From Octopus sinensis (lineage: Eukaryota), in the NCBI RefSeq assembly GCF_006345805.1, contig NC_043015.1, positions 31,434,001 through 31,498,000 on the forward strand: 64,000 nt of DNA, written 5' to 3'. The notes under the pieces were generated by a model, which was not told the origin of the DNA, ran no database searches, and saw nothing but the letters and a program-made list of their open reading frames with translations. The translations under genes were made by a program, and so were the position numbers. Positions 1 to 14,171 of the stretch are shown piece by piece; within the stretch, counting starts at the first letter, position 1, and every line of letters begins with the position of its first letter.

Positions 1-858
1 TTCCATTGTGATTTTTTTTTGTTTAAAGTTTGTAAAAACGTTTTTGCTTTCCTCATTTATCTGCAAGTGTGTTGTGATGACAATTGGGAGATCGTCCAAG
101 GAGAGTTAGGAAATACTTGTCTGGTGGAAGCAGCAGTAGCTTTATTGTTGAGTTGTAGTTGGCTTGGTGAGGTTGTGTGATGGTGTGGATTCTTTAGAAT
201 ATAAAGTGTTTAGTTGTGATGCTACTGTACCACATCTTCTCCATGTTTGCATGGGTCAGATGGAATTTGTTGAGACAAATTTTCCCCCCTCTATCTCTTT
301 AGTGTTTCTGCTAAAGAGAATTGTAAAAACATGAAATTTTCCATTCTACGCTTCTTGCAGTGAATTGGCTGAATTATTTAGTGTTGGATGTAATGGTTTG
401 TGTTACTTGTTTAGATTCTCTGCTTCCTTGAGTTGAACTTTGCCTTTCAGCCATTCAAGGTTGATAAAAAAAAGTACAACTCCAAGCTGATGGGTTGATG
501 GAACTGTATGAATGTTGAAATGAAATGCTTTGAGGTACTTCTTCTGAGTTCAATTTCTGCTATGGTTTACACAGGTACTAGACATAATCTGTTGCTCAGG
601 TTAATCCTACTTCCTGGCACTTTGAGTACCTTTAACAAAGTCTACTCTATTGCTAGCTTTTGAGTCAGGTCTCTGGTTCGAGGATATCCCCCTCCTTTGC
701 CTTCTACAAATCTTTGAGCCTCTGTAAAAGACCATGGGCCCTATCTTTCCTCCTGACTAAAAGATAAAAAATATATAATCGATTAAATTTTTACTTTAAT
801 AATTAAAATAAAAAAAAAACCTCACTGCTATATTGCTTTTTTCTTCTTTAGTCTGTAG

Positions 859-1646
859 GTACTCCAGCACTGCACAAGAAAGACGAGAGAGTCTTGGATG
901 GTGAGCAGAACAATTCAGTGATGGCCAACAGAGTTGAGGAAAGGGAAACGATTGATGACATTACTGCCTGCCATTCTCTTCAGCCAACCGTGGTTATTGA
1001 AGGGATAAGTAAGACCAGTTCTAACAGTCGCTCACTGGAAACAGACTCTTTGACAGCTGAAAGTAGTCAGTTGAAAGATGATGATTTCAATCGTACTTTT
1101 GAAGCTGCTGACAACCCAGACAGTCCCACCTGGTCGGCAGATGCTACCTCTCCTACACTGAACTGCAACAGTGTACCCAAACCCAACACATTGTCCTACA
1201 TTAAATCCCCTTTAAAACAGTTTAATTCGTTTGGCATAAAAGATTCTGAGCGTCGAATATTGTTTGAGAAGAAACTGAATGTGAATAAAAAAGATGTTGG
1301 AAGAAGCCGCATTTCAAATGTTCATTCTAAACTCAAGCCAAACATGAAATCTGATCAGAACTCTAAATCTGCAAAGCTGGATTTGTATTTCAGTAAAAAA
1401 GACACTAACCACCATTCCAGCAACTATTTCGATGATGCTAAAGATCTCACAGAAGAACAGGATAGATTGTTTGCATTAGCACTCCAGAAACAATACGATC
1501 TAGAAGTCAAACTTTCCTCAACAGTAAACCGTTCCAAAGGTACATCAGACGGGTACAAGTTGAGGGCAAAGAACGAAACATCGACCAACGACAAACGCAA
1601 AAGGAGCTCAAGCAACGAGAGAGCCTCCAAAAAAGCAAAAACTTAA
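859..1646 (+). CDS. RNF168: Terminal coding exon of an RNF168/RNF169-family E3 ubiquitin ligase (upstream exons lie outside the window)
   Basis: Polypyrimidine tract plus TAG acceptor at 857-858 and open frame to TAA 1646. EEQDRLFALALQKQYDLE matches the MIU2 motif (human RNF168 EEQDRLLALQLQKE). VNRSKGTSDGYKLR matches the LR motif (PNRQKGSPDEYHLR). Basic C-terminus. RNF168 vs RNF169 cannot be resolved from this exon alone. Confidence 0.85.
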
Positions 1647-1895
1647 AAAAAGAAACCCTGGAAGAACGAGTGAACATGAGTACTTGGACATGTCTCAGAA
1701 AGAGCTCACAATTGGTGGATGACAGCACTGATTAAAAAAAAATCAACTGAAGAGTTTTCTTCACTTCCACATTGTAAAAAAAAAAAAACTAGATTGGGTC
1801 AGATTCAGTTGATTTCCAGAGGAAAAAAAAAAAAACCAACCTTTTCTTTGCACTTTTATTCCATCTTCCAGAAGAATGAAAATGACAGAAACAAC

Positions 1896-1901
1896 AATAA
1901 A
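1896..1901 (+). terminator. Candidate poly(A) signal of the RNF168-like gene
   Basis: AATAAA 250 nt after the stop, followed by T-rich sequence; usage not demonstrated. Confidence 0.45.
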
Positions 1902-2555
1902 ATGTTATATTTTGTATTTATTTCTTAAGAAATGTCACGTTTGTATTTTTATTTTATTTTATTATTATTTTTCTGGTAATTTTGAAAATGAATGAACTTC
2001 CATAACCTCTTTCCAAACAGTTATGTGTTGTAGGCTCAACAAACAGGAAAGCTGAGGCTATTGTTGTCTTCAATACAAAAGATGTCTTCTGTTTGACAAT
2101 TTGTTTAATTCTGTGTTCTTTTCTATCACCCACCTCCATTCACCAAATCCCCTACTGTTATTACTCCAACCCCAATCCCTACTATTTACCATTACTCTAG
2201 AGTTGAGCAAAACTCTGTCAACATCTGTGTAATGTTTCAAACTAATTTTCCTCTTGTTTGTGTGACAGGGTAAACAAATTTTTACATACCTGGAACAGTC
2301 ATCTTTAAAAAAACAAAAACAACCCTCCCCCCATTTGTAATCCCTTCTCTTTAGTTTCTAAGTAATAAGTTACAAACTATAGGTAGTTAAAATCTAAGGA
2401 TTTTTTTTTTAACCCTTCCCCTTTTAAGATCTGGATGTTTTTGTAACCTGGCATTTCCCATAAAAATGAAATATTTCTAAACTGGAGCTAAAGCCAAAAT
2501 GAAACAGTATTACCTACTCTATGATGTCTGCTGTATACAACAGATTCAGGATTTG

Positions 2556-2561
2556 TTTATT
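2556..2561 (-). terminator. Candidate poly(A) signal of PELP1
   Basis: AATAAA on the minus strand ~260 nt after the PELP1 stop; usage not demonstrated. Confidence 0.4.
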
Positions 2562-2822
2562 ACATCCAACTAACCTTAATCTAGGCTCAGAGACTTCTGG
2601 CCTGAAGATGATGAGACCCCAGTATTGTTTTAGGAGTTGTGATCCTGCCTACCCTTCTATAGGTTTCCATCCCTAATCAACCCCTACGCAACAAAAAGCA
2701 CCAACGACAAAGACCGTTCTGACAAGACACACTCACACCACTCAGCTGATGAACTGCAATAAACTAAAACAGTGATGATGACTAAATGAAATGATTTGTT
2801 AATACAACAAATGAAAAAATCT

Positions 2823-2882
2823 TTAATCCGAGTCTGGTGGGGCTTCAACAAAGGCCTTCAGCATACTGTCCACTTGCATCAT
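2823..2882 (-). CDS. PELP1: PELP1 last exon (MMQVDSMLKAFVEAPPDSD*)
   Basis: TTCTCACAG acceptor, TAA at 2825-2823; matches terminal AMLADFIDCPPDD motif. Confidence 0.88.
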   Translation of the reverse strand: MMQVDSMLKAFVEAPPDSD

Positions 2883-5800
2883 CTGTGAGAAGAAAAGTTA
2901 AGAATTAACAATTTAGTGTTCAATAGGTTCAGCTACACAGATAAGTGTTGAAGTATTTAATACTTCACTATTAATGCTAATACAGACAGCTATCCACACG
3001 AGCTCACGAAAAGTTATCTATAATACAAGAGAGTTTGTCTCTGATGAAAGATGCTTTAATCAATTAGGTTTAGTCAATAGCCCACCCCCCTCCCCTACTT
3101 CCATCTCGCCCTCATTACTATTATGCAAAAGTGTTGTAAGTTCAAATTGTTGCTTTTTTTCAGAAAAGGAAAAAATAGTTTCACCATTCCATAGCAAAAC
3201 TGTTGCCTTACGCTTTGACAATTTTTGATATCTTGGCATCCGAAGCAGCTGGAGATACGATAGTTTGACCAAAAGAACCAGCGATGGCAAGCAGAAATAA
3301 ATATTGAAAAACATACATTTGGCCAAATGACAGTTTAACATAATAGCAATGATATATATATATATATATATATACATACATACACGAGAGACTAAACTCT
3401 TCATGGTTGTTTTTGATGTCATTTTCTGGAGTTATACAGATTAGAGCAAACGAGATTTCTAATTTGCAATTTTCCTTTCATCAGTTTTAACCCTGTCTTT
3501 TTTAATAATCCTACTATTGTTATTTTGCTTTTGAAAATAACCAAGACCCTGTTGGTTGCCACGACGAAGGTTGCAATTGATCTCATCAGCAAAACAACCT
3601 GCCTGTGAAATTAACATGCGTTTAGTTAATAAGCACACCACAGACATGCATACTCTTAGCATAGTCCTCAAGGAGATTCAGCATGACATGGGATGTGACA
3701 GGGCTGGCCCTTTTGAATTCTACCAGCTGGCAGAATCGTTAGCACGCCGGGCGAAATGTGTAGCCGTATTTCGTCTGCTGCTATGTTCTGAGTTCAAATT
3801 CCACCGAGGTCGACTTTGCCTTTCATCCTTTCGGGGTCGATTAAATAAGTACCAGTTACGCACTGGGGTCGATATAATCGACTTAATCCGTTTGTCCTTG
3901 TTCGTCCTCTCTGTGTTTAGCCCCTCGTGGGTAGTAAAGAAACAGGTACTACTCATTTTTGCCAGCTGAATGAACTGGTGCAATGTGAAATAAAGTACCC
4001 TGCTCAAGAACACAATTCATTGCTGGGAATCAAACTCATCATGGCCTGATGATCGTGAACCGAATACCTATTTCTTTACTACCCACAAGGACAGACAAAC
4101 GGATTAAGTCGATTATATCGACCCCCAGTGCGTAACTGGTACTTAATTTATTGACCCCGAAAGGATGAAAGGCAAAGTCGACCTCGACGGAATTTGAACT
4201 CAAAACGTAATGGCAGACGAAATACGGCTACGCATCTCACCCGGAGTGCTAACAATTCTGCCAGCTCGCCGCCTTATATTCATGAGCCGAATACCCTAAC
4301 CACCAAGCCTTCACTTTTATTTTTGAAAATAAATGGAATAAGAAAAAAATCCCTGAGTTGAAAAACAGGGGAAGGCTAAAAAGTGCCTAATTGTAAAATA
4401 ATGCCTCAATAATAAGTATTTGTTTAACTTGTGCTGACATGTAAAATGAATGAACAAACGAGAAGATTCTATCATCCTTGTTTTCAACAGGGGAGATAAG
4501 CACTTCCACCCAGCATCCAGAGCCTAGTTTCAGAGTAATTGCTCTTCATCAGTCTGCCGTAGCTTGGCATGCTAGCTGTCGATGCTTATTCACTTTTGAA
4601 AACATCTAGAATTTCAAATGAAATAAATTCACTGATCTACAAAATTAGAAATATTGCATTTCTAAATCTCTTAGAGAGACTTATACAGTAGCAGCATGAC
4701 AAAGTGTTCCCCTGTTTGAAAACATAAGGACACAGTACGCTTGTGTCACATAGCCAACTGGAAGCAGTGTTTCCTGGGGCTAAACAGCAGTAGCATTCCT
4801 CCCTTTCCTGGGACTGCCACATTAAGTTTTTTGGTTGTGTGTGTGTTTCTGTCTTCAACATATAGACAATGCAACACAGACTTTGAAAAAAAAAAGATTT
4901 TCCCTTTGAACAAATTCTGAATGTAGGTGCATGATTAAAAACTATTTTTACTGGGTGCATTGTGTTAATTGAAAGAAGGAATGGAACTTACCTCGTTGGT
5001 TTCTTCACTTGCCTCTTCAGCACTGTTCTCTTCTTCTGCGGAATCTTCACCACACTCCACATACTGTATTAGAGAGAGAAAGATTTGTTTTAGCCGACAT
5101 CAAGGAAACTGTATTGGCATTTGGCAACCGAGCAGAGACAACACAGATGACAGGAATTCTAGTGAGGAGGTCACTAGTTGATAGTCTGGTACTGTGATAA
5201 TGGTCAGTACACTTGACCATCAATAATCCAAACCACCAGCAGTAAGAAGGTACTACTGTATGTACCTCAGTGTACTATGTCCATGACCAACACAACGATC
5301 AATAGTCTAGTCTATCTGTATGTAGGTACCAGACTTACTGTGAGGGCATGTGGCCAAGTGGTTAGAGTACTCGGCTCATGATCGTAAGGTCAGGAGTTCA
5401 ATACCTCGCAGTGCATTGTCTCCTTGAGCGAGACACTTTATTTCATGTTGCTCCACTTCACTCAGCTGGCAAAAATGAGTCGTATCTGTATTTCAAAGGG
5501 CCAGTCTTGTCACACTCTGAGTGATGTTGAATATCTCTGAGAACTATGTTAAGGGTACAGGGGTGCCTGGGGAGTGCTCAGCCACTTGCATGTTAATTCC
5601 ACAAGCAGGCTGTTCCAATGACCAGATCAATTAGAACCCTCACCATCGTAACCAACGGGGTTCCAGTCCACCCAACTGTAAACAGGCCCCTGTGGAGTAT
5701 CGTTCATTATGGCCAAGATACTTAATTGCTCAATCCATTTAAATGTAAATAAGATTGACAGCATGGTGTATGATTTACAACTGTGGAAAAACAAATGCCC

Positions 5801-8800
5801 CTACACAAAACCCCATTAATAATCATTCATAGGGAAACCAGAGAGAAATCCCACTCCAGGGGAAGGAGAGGATCCTGAGAGGGGAAAAAAGAATTACTGC
5901 AGTAACAGTTGGAGGGAAGATATAACACAGCAGTGTGTTCAGTTACTCAAGGTTTCCTTATCACTGGGACGTGTGTATATAGCTACACATTATGTGTAAG
6001 AAGGGTTGTTTTTAAGGATTTATGGCTTAGAGGGTTTAAGGACCCGTGTAGGACTAGCATATTCTATGGGAGAAAATTGAAATGCTTTAAGGTTGATAAC
6101 CTTATTTCATGTGTGGTGGCTGGAGTGGAAGGAAGAGTAGATTGTTAGAAAAGCAGAGTGAAGGGCCAGCTGGAGCATCGAGTGAAATGCTGTGGAACTT
6201 TGCCTTTAGAGTTTCGAGTTCAAATCCTGCCTAAGTTGTCTTTCATTCTTCAGGGAATACAAGTAGAAGAGTCAATTGACCCCTCCCCCAATGCTGTGCC
6301 AATGTAAATTAAACTCCTAATTAACCCTTTAGCATTTAAACCGGCCATATCTGGCCAAAAGTATTCTGCCTGTTTTATGTTCAAACTGGCCAGATCTGGT
6401 CTCTCACACCAACCCTACACTACCGTTTTAAAAATTAACAGCTACCTCATCAAAATCTCATGGCTACAAGATAATGCATGATTAGTTCAAAACAACGAGG
6501 ATGAAAAAGCATTAATTTGGGTAGAATAATGCGAACACTAAAGGGTTAAACAAGCAATAATAGCAGCAGCAGCTTTATTACCTGAATGTCAGAGTCTGAG
6601 TTAATAGGTTCAGCAGAGTTTGACTCAGATGGAGGTTCGCTGACAACATCATCCATAGCGTCACCCCTGGCAGAGATTGGGTCCATGTGGATCACTTCAG
6701 ATGGGGCTGCCATTTGTGGCATGGAGGTGGAGGCTTGAGAAGAACTGGCTCCCTGGAAGAGAGAGAGAGACCCCACATAAATCAGAGACAATAAAATCGG
6801 CATCAGTGGCGAGACAAGGGGCACCTATGAAATGGCAGAACCTTGAAGTTTTGATTTCCTACTGAGGGAAATGAACCTAATGTGAAAAAATCTAAGGAAT
6901 AAAAAAAGTGCCTTTCTTGAAATATTTATTCTACTCCAAATCAGACACTCCCTTTTTAATCTTGCTGTCCCAAATGCTGCAAACTTATGACTAGTCTAAT
7001 TGGTAACTTGTAATTAACGATGCTACTCCTTACTAATTGCAAATTATAAAATAAAGTATTCACTCGTTACATTTTAATTTTGCAGACCACTTCAAACACA
7101 ACTTGTGTAATTGTAAGATTTCTAAGATGAAATCAGACAAGCAATGATGAATTACAAGGAAATGATGTCAAAATTCAAATTTCAAATACAAATATAAAAC
7201 GTGTGTGGTGTGTGTTATGTCAATTCTTCATGCACTGACCTCGTCAAAAGAGATGGTCTTCTTAAAGCTGTCAGTGTTGGACTGGCTGAGAGAGAGGGTA
7301 GGCAAGTAAGCGAGAGATTCTGAACTAACAGCCGTGTTCACATTTGTCTGTTTTTGTTGTGTTCCACCAAATTCCGTCTGTAGTGGGAAGCTGTTGAAAG
7401 ATGCCTGTCTAGGTTCCGATTCAGCAAGGTTTTCTATCATCCACATACTTGGTCGACTGGAACTGATTTTCACAGTTTCGGACTGTGGCTGTGTCGATAC
7501 GGTCTGGAACATGACAGAGCGGCAGGCAATAGCTATGAACTCAAAACTACTCATGGCTTCTTGGCAATAACTGGAAACCTGTAAAAAAAGAGACAAAACA
7601 GAGTAACTAAAATCTGAACATATATATGTATAAGACATCACAAACATTAATTTCAAGACAGAAAAGTACAATGGTTCATGGATAAGGCTTGGACTAAATA
7701 TCTAATCAGGTCCATATTATCTACAACAACAAATTGTGGACTTTCCTGCCACAGATGACTGATGGGAGTTCTGCAATTTTTTGCGAAACTCACACTGATC
7801 ATTTGTTTAGACTGATCAAATGTTTGTGATGTACATTAGCTCAATCCTTTCAAATTGACATGGTGGTGATAATGATGGTAGTGACTGTGAGGGTGTTAAT
7901 GACTGTTACAGTTGTTGCTGTTTAACCCTAGGCCAGCCCTGATCAAGCAGACCAATGATCAGAGAGATTCTAGCTATGACCACCACATGCCAGACGCCAA
8001 AGTGATTGAATAGCAACATGAAACAAGATGTTTTCTCAAGAGCACCACACACACTGCCTGGTCTGGGCATCAAAGCCACAACTGCAAGATCGCGAGTACG
8101 ACACCCTCACCACTAGCTTTGTGTCCTCTCTACAACAACAAACAGTATCTGCCATTCCACCTTCTTAAAAAAATTACAAATAAAAAAAAGTTTTCTTTTT
8201 TTCAGCTTATAGATACAGGGTCCCAATCCAGTCAGTGGGACCTCTTTTGCTTTCCTCTCTTTTACTATCAACTGTCACTTTAAAAATCGATTGATCCATA
8301 ATCTGAACAGATGTAGCAATGTGGAGTCAGTTGCCATAGCGGAATAGATGTGGTACATTTTTGTGATACAACTCATCACAAAATACATGCAGCACTTGCA
8401 GAATGTAGGATTATAAGGAATCTCACAGTGTTTATGGTTTTCTAGGATTATTAAAGCAGAAAATAAAAAGCTGTTTGACCAAGACCTGAAAGGGTGGATA
8501 TGATCTGTCTGCAGAATGTGATGGTGGTGGCAATGGGGATGATGGTGGTGGTCGTGATGATGATGATAACGATGAAAATAATGATAGTGTTAATGATTGC
8601 CATAGCTGTTGCTGTTTAATTCTAGGTCAGCCCTGATCAAGTAGACCAATGATCAAAGCGATTCTAGCTTTGACCAACCGTCATTTTTTCTTTCAGACTG
8701 TTCAATGTGTTTGTCTTTGGGAAATGGTTGGAAGTGATTTGACGGAAATTCAACTGTTACTTCTAGCAAGTCAAAGAACCACGTAGCCTCCTTCAATGGT

Positions 8801-11800
8801 TTGTGTTGATGATGATGATGATGATGACAATGGTGTTGATAATGTAAGACTTACCTCTAAATCAGTGTCTTCCTGCGATGCTCGGTTCAACAGGGACATA
8901 ATGGCAGCTATGGGCGGACTGTAGTAGGCGTGACGGACTGTGCCCAGCGCCACTAAACAGTGGTATTGCTCCTTCCGCCGTTTACCTGTCATTTGGTGTG
9001 GAAACTGCTGCAGGAGTGAAGTCTCAATGCATTGCAGCAAGGATACCTGAATGTCCTGGAAGAAAAAAGGAAAGAGTCAGCATCACCTTGTTGGTAAATA
9101 ATTAAAAGTGTCACTACAGCTTTGCTGCTAATTAAAAATGCCACCAACACTAAGTTGGTAATTCATAAAAAAATATCATGATTGCCATGTTTGTTGGTAG
9201 TTACTGTTACATACCAGTGGACAAGACATACTTTTTTTCGGTGTCACGTAAAAGCACTCAGCACACACTGTAGAGTGGTTGGTGCTAGGAAGGGCACCCA
9301 GCCATAGAAACTAAGGCAAATCAGACTGGAGTTTGGTGCAGCTCTCATCAAACTGTCCAACCCATGCCAGTATGGAAAACAGACGTCAAAGGATCATGAG
9401 ATAACAAAAAATTGCCATGCGTCTAATGCAATCATATTATGGATGCTATACTGAGTATATGATGAAATATATTAAATTTCTTTTTACCACAAAATATACT
9501 TTTAATGTAGGTGTATGTCTTATATGCTGGCAAATACGGTAATTAAAACTAACACCAATATCATGTTGATAATTGAAAATGGAATAAAAAGAATGAAAAG
9601 CAAAAATTATGTTCAATGACCAGTTTTCTGTTTTCTCTTTCTCCAGTCCACCATCCCAATTTTCACTGTATAACAATAAAAATTAGTCTTGCATTTTTTT
9701 ATTACGATTATTACATAATGTTAACAGACTTATACTCATTTAAAATTAGCATCTTTTAAATGAAGGCATGGCACCTTGGGAAAGTATCTTCTGCTGTAGC
9801 CCTAGGCAGATAGAAACTGAAAGAAGGCTGTTGTGTATGTGCGTGTATATATATATATATATCATTGTCATGTAATTTCCGTCTCACATGCTGGCATGGG
9901 TTGGATGGTTTGACAAAGTTGGCCAGGCAGGAGCCTGCCCTAGAATTCTGAGTATGTTTCAGCATGGTTTTTACAGCTGGATGCCCTTCCTAGCACCGAC
10001 CACCCAGCAGAGTGGACAGAGTGCTTTTTATGTGGCACAAGCACAGGCAAAGTTAGTTTCGGTGGTTTTTACAGCTGGATGCCCTTCCAAATGCCAACCA
10101 CTTTACAGTGTGGACTGGATGCTTTTTATGAGGCAACAGTACTGGCAGGGTCACCAAGTAACTTGCAAGACAAGGAATTTTGAGAGGAAAGGGGTCATTG
10201 GGGGAAGGTGATCTTGTGTTAGATGAAAGGTTTGAGTGTGATGGAGACAGAGAAGCAGAAACAAGTGTCTTGCTGTAGAAGAGGTACATGGTTACCCAGC
10301 CAAGGAGAGAGAGCGTGTATATATATATGTATATATATTATATAGAAAAATGGAATAAACAGAGCAAGGGGAGCCATGTGGAATAGAGAGTAGCTGAAAC
10401 GGTCACAGAACGTGTGACAAAAAACTAAAATAATAATAAGGATTATTGACAGGACCCAACAACAACATGAACTGCTGTAATAACTTACATTTAAGAATTT
10501 TGCATTTATCCTTGGCCCAGTAGTGAGGATTATCCAACGCAAGGCTGTAAAAGAAACGGAATTCAATAAATCTGAATGCAAAGTATTTTAAATGAGAATA
10601 TGGAGCAAACAGTATACAAGGTTTAAGGTGCTTCTGTTGAAGACAGGGAAGAACTAAGCCGGCAGAACAGACGGACAAATGCAGGTGAGAGAGAAAGAGT
10701 GATATAAATTTCAGTACTTAGACTTTATTTATCAACTGTGATGATCAGGTAAGAAAACAATAGGAGGACTTACCTGTAAGAGCTTTGACAGCTAAATCTC
10801 CTTCTGTGGTGTTCTGACTTTTCAATGGATTTGGTCGACCTTTTTTATTGGTGTTGATCATCTGATGACGAAAGGACAAACTAATGTTAACTAAACGCAA
10901 CATCACCACAGGAGACCAAACATTCAGCAGTGTTGGCTAAACATAATATTCAGACAAAGCATGACAGAGATGGACTATCCGCAACATATATAGGCAGATA
11001 TAACACCATTACACATGAAGACTAATACAACACCACTTGAGGGAGGGAGGGAGAGAGAGAGAGAGAGAGAGAGAAGAGAGTACTAGAGCAAACACAGCCA
11101 GAGGTTATCTCACCTTCATTGTCGATTCTTCAATGTTGATATCTCGAAGTATATGACTAATGAGAAATGTTGTGAAGCCCTGTCTATCGACTGCACTCTT
11201 CAAAACTTGTAGATAGAAGGCAAGGCAGGAATATATTTCAGCTTTTGTGTTCCTTGAAGGGTGAAAATATACAGAATTAAATAAAGCAAGGACGTTAAGG
11301 GTTATTTTCTAACGGAAGTGGACAAAATCAATGAAAATGAACAAAATTACAATGGGTCTGTAGCCTAAGAATATGAACTATTATTGTCTTCCTGATTTTT
11401 TATCATAATTCCACTCAAACTTATGCAGCCTTACTCTATTGACCCCACAAGGATGAGAGGTAAGTCAAGTTCCATGGAATTTGAACTCAGAATATCAAGA
11501 GCCACAACCAAACTATAGCCATTTTATTAGACCCCCTAATGATAAATTGTCATCGTCATCCATTTGAGGCAAGCAGGAAACACACCATTAACAGTCGGAA
11601 CTGAACCTGGGAATTTTAGCAAACACATTAATCTGTCAAATAATTACATCACTGCTACAGAAGGTACAAAATAGTAATGGAAAAGATTGACGACAGACGT
11701 AACGGTTGACTGAATGACTTACCTGTATACTAATATTGTTGTGTCACTTTTGGTGCCAACAGCTTTGTTCAGGAATTTTCTGAACAAATCATTAACTATG

Positions 11801-14113
11801 AGAGTAAATGGAGCCAACAGACTTCGGATACTGAAAAAGACGAAAACAAATTCTATAGAAACAAAAAAAGACAATCTAGGATTCAGAGTAAGAATAAATC
11901 ATGAATTATTATTTTGAATAAAAGCTGCTGCTGTTGGCCCTGCTCCACCTTTCTATGCTTGAACAGTTCAGACACACTTCTTGTAGCCAACCATCACCTG
12001 TTTCCAAGTAAGGTAATCATCATCATCGTTTAACGTCTGCTTTCCATGCTAGCATGGGTTGGACGATTTGACTGAGGTCCGGTGAATCAGACTCCAATCT
12101 GATCTGGCAGAGATTCTATAGCTGGATGCCCTTCCTAACGCCAACCACTCCGAGAGTGTAGTAGGTGCTTTTTATGTGCCACCGGCATGAGGGCCAGTCA
12201 GGCAGTACTGGCAACGGTCATGCTCAAATGGTGCTTTTTATGTGCCACCTGCACAGGAGCCAGTCCAGCGGCACTGGCAACGACCTCACTTGAATGTTGT
12301 TTCACGTGCAACCAACACAAGTGCCAGTAAGGCGACGCAGGTAACGATCACGCTCGAATGGTGTTTTTTATGTGACACCGGCACGGAGGCCAGCTTGTTG
12401 CTCTGGCAACGATCCCGCTTGTACGGTTCTCTTAGCGCTCCACTAGCACAGATGCCAGTCATCAAATTTTATATTCTTCCATAGTTAGACATGTTTTCAA
12501 AGATTGGAAATAAAAGATACTGCAGTGTGACAATGATGCTTGCTTATAACTATAATGCACTGACTAGAATAAGGGATAGCAACACATGCACACACACACA
12601 TATACATACATATACGACAGACTACTTCCAGTTTGCATCTACCAAATCCACTGACAAGGCTCTGGACAGCTTGTGGCTATAACGGAAAACATTTGCCTAA
12701 GATGTCGCCATGCAGTGGGACTCAGCCCTGGAACCATGTGGACGGGGAGCAAAAATATACATACATACATATGTATGTATATATATTTTTGCTCCCCATG
12801 TATGTATGTATATAGGCACAAATGTGGCTGTGTGGTAAGAAGCTTGCTTCCTAATCTAATGGTTCTGGGTTCAGTCCCAATGTTTGGGACCTTGGGCAAG
12901 TGTTTCCACTATAGGCACGAGCTGACCAAAGCCTTGTGAGTGCACTAGGTAGATGAAAACTGCAGGTGTGTATGCATACACACACACACTTCATGTGTGT
13001 GTATAGCTATATCTATGTGCGTGTGTGTGTGTTGTCCCCAACCACCGCTTGACAACTGGTGTTGGTGTGCTTTTGGTAAGAGAGACTGATAGAATAAGTA
13101 CTAGGCTTAAAATTAAAAAAAAAGAGTCTTGCGGTTGATTTGTTTGACTAAAACCCTTCAAGGTTTTAGTCAAATGCATAGCTGCATTCAGATGACTGAA
13201 ACAAGTAAAAATATATATACATATATTGGCGTTAGGAAGGGCAGTTGGCGTTAGGAAGGGCATCCAGCCGTAGAAACACTGCCAGATATGACTGGGCCTG
13301 ACGAAGCCTTCCAGCTTCACATACCCCAGTTGACCCGTCCAACCCATGCTAGCATGGAAAGCGGACGCTAAACGATGATGATGTTAATGATGATACATAC
13401 ATACATATTGTCCCCTCCCATGGAAAGTGGATGTAAAAAATGATGGTAATGATATACTCAACAGACAGAAAGGGACTTAAATCCTGTAGTAGAATTTATT
13501 TATTTATTCAAAGTCGATGATTCACTCCAACACCACTCGTGTGATTATTCAGGTAGAAAAAAGTTTTATCTATTTAGGATGGAGGAGAAAGTAAATATGA
13601 GAGAGGTGTATATTATAAATGTGTGATGTGTGCACTACACTTATTTTCATCATCATTTAATGTCCATTGTCCATGTTGGTAAGCTGGGGGTGCTGCTCTA
13701 GACTCCAGTCTGATCTGGCATGGTTTATACGGCTGGATGCCCTTCCTAACGCCAATCACTTTACAGAGTGTGCTGGGTGCTTTTATATGGCACAGGGCAA
13801 GCGCCTTCACATGTTGCCACACGGGTGCTTTTACATGGCACTGTCACAAGTACTTTACATCACCAGAAGGATCGGTCTTCACACTTGTGCTGTGGAGTAT
13901 GGGTCTTCTTGAGTACAGGAAGGTGTCAGGTATCTTGGTCTTTTGTCACCTCGCCTGACAAAGGTTCAGCGTCCTGAGGTCCATTATTATTATTATTATT
14001 ATTCAAGGTAGCAAGCTGGGCAAAATGCTTAGCGGTATTTTGTCCAGGGATGTTTTACTGGCCTCAGGTCAAAAGCTTCCAGTAAAGTGTATTGCATCTA
14101 AGCATAACATGCA

Positions 14114-14171
<58 letters not shown>

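Noticed and set aside
60-760. Additional RNF168 exons or a classifiable LINE in the first 800 bp
   Set aside because: No open, splice-bounded plus-strand segment with RING/UMI similarity; the sequence looks like decayed repeat but no diagnostic motif could be read.
3724-3800. tRNA gene
   Set aside because: A/B-box-like heads belong to SINEs and continue into non-tRNA bodies; no complete cloverleaf could be supported.
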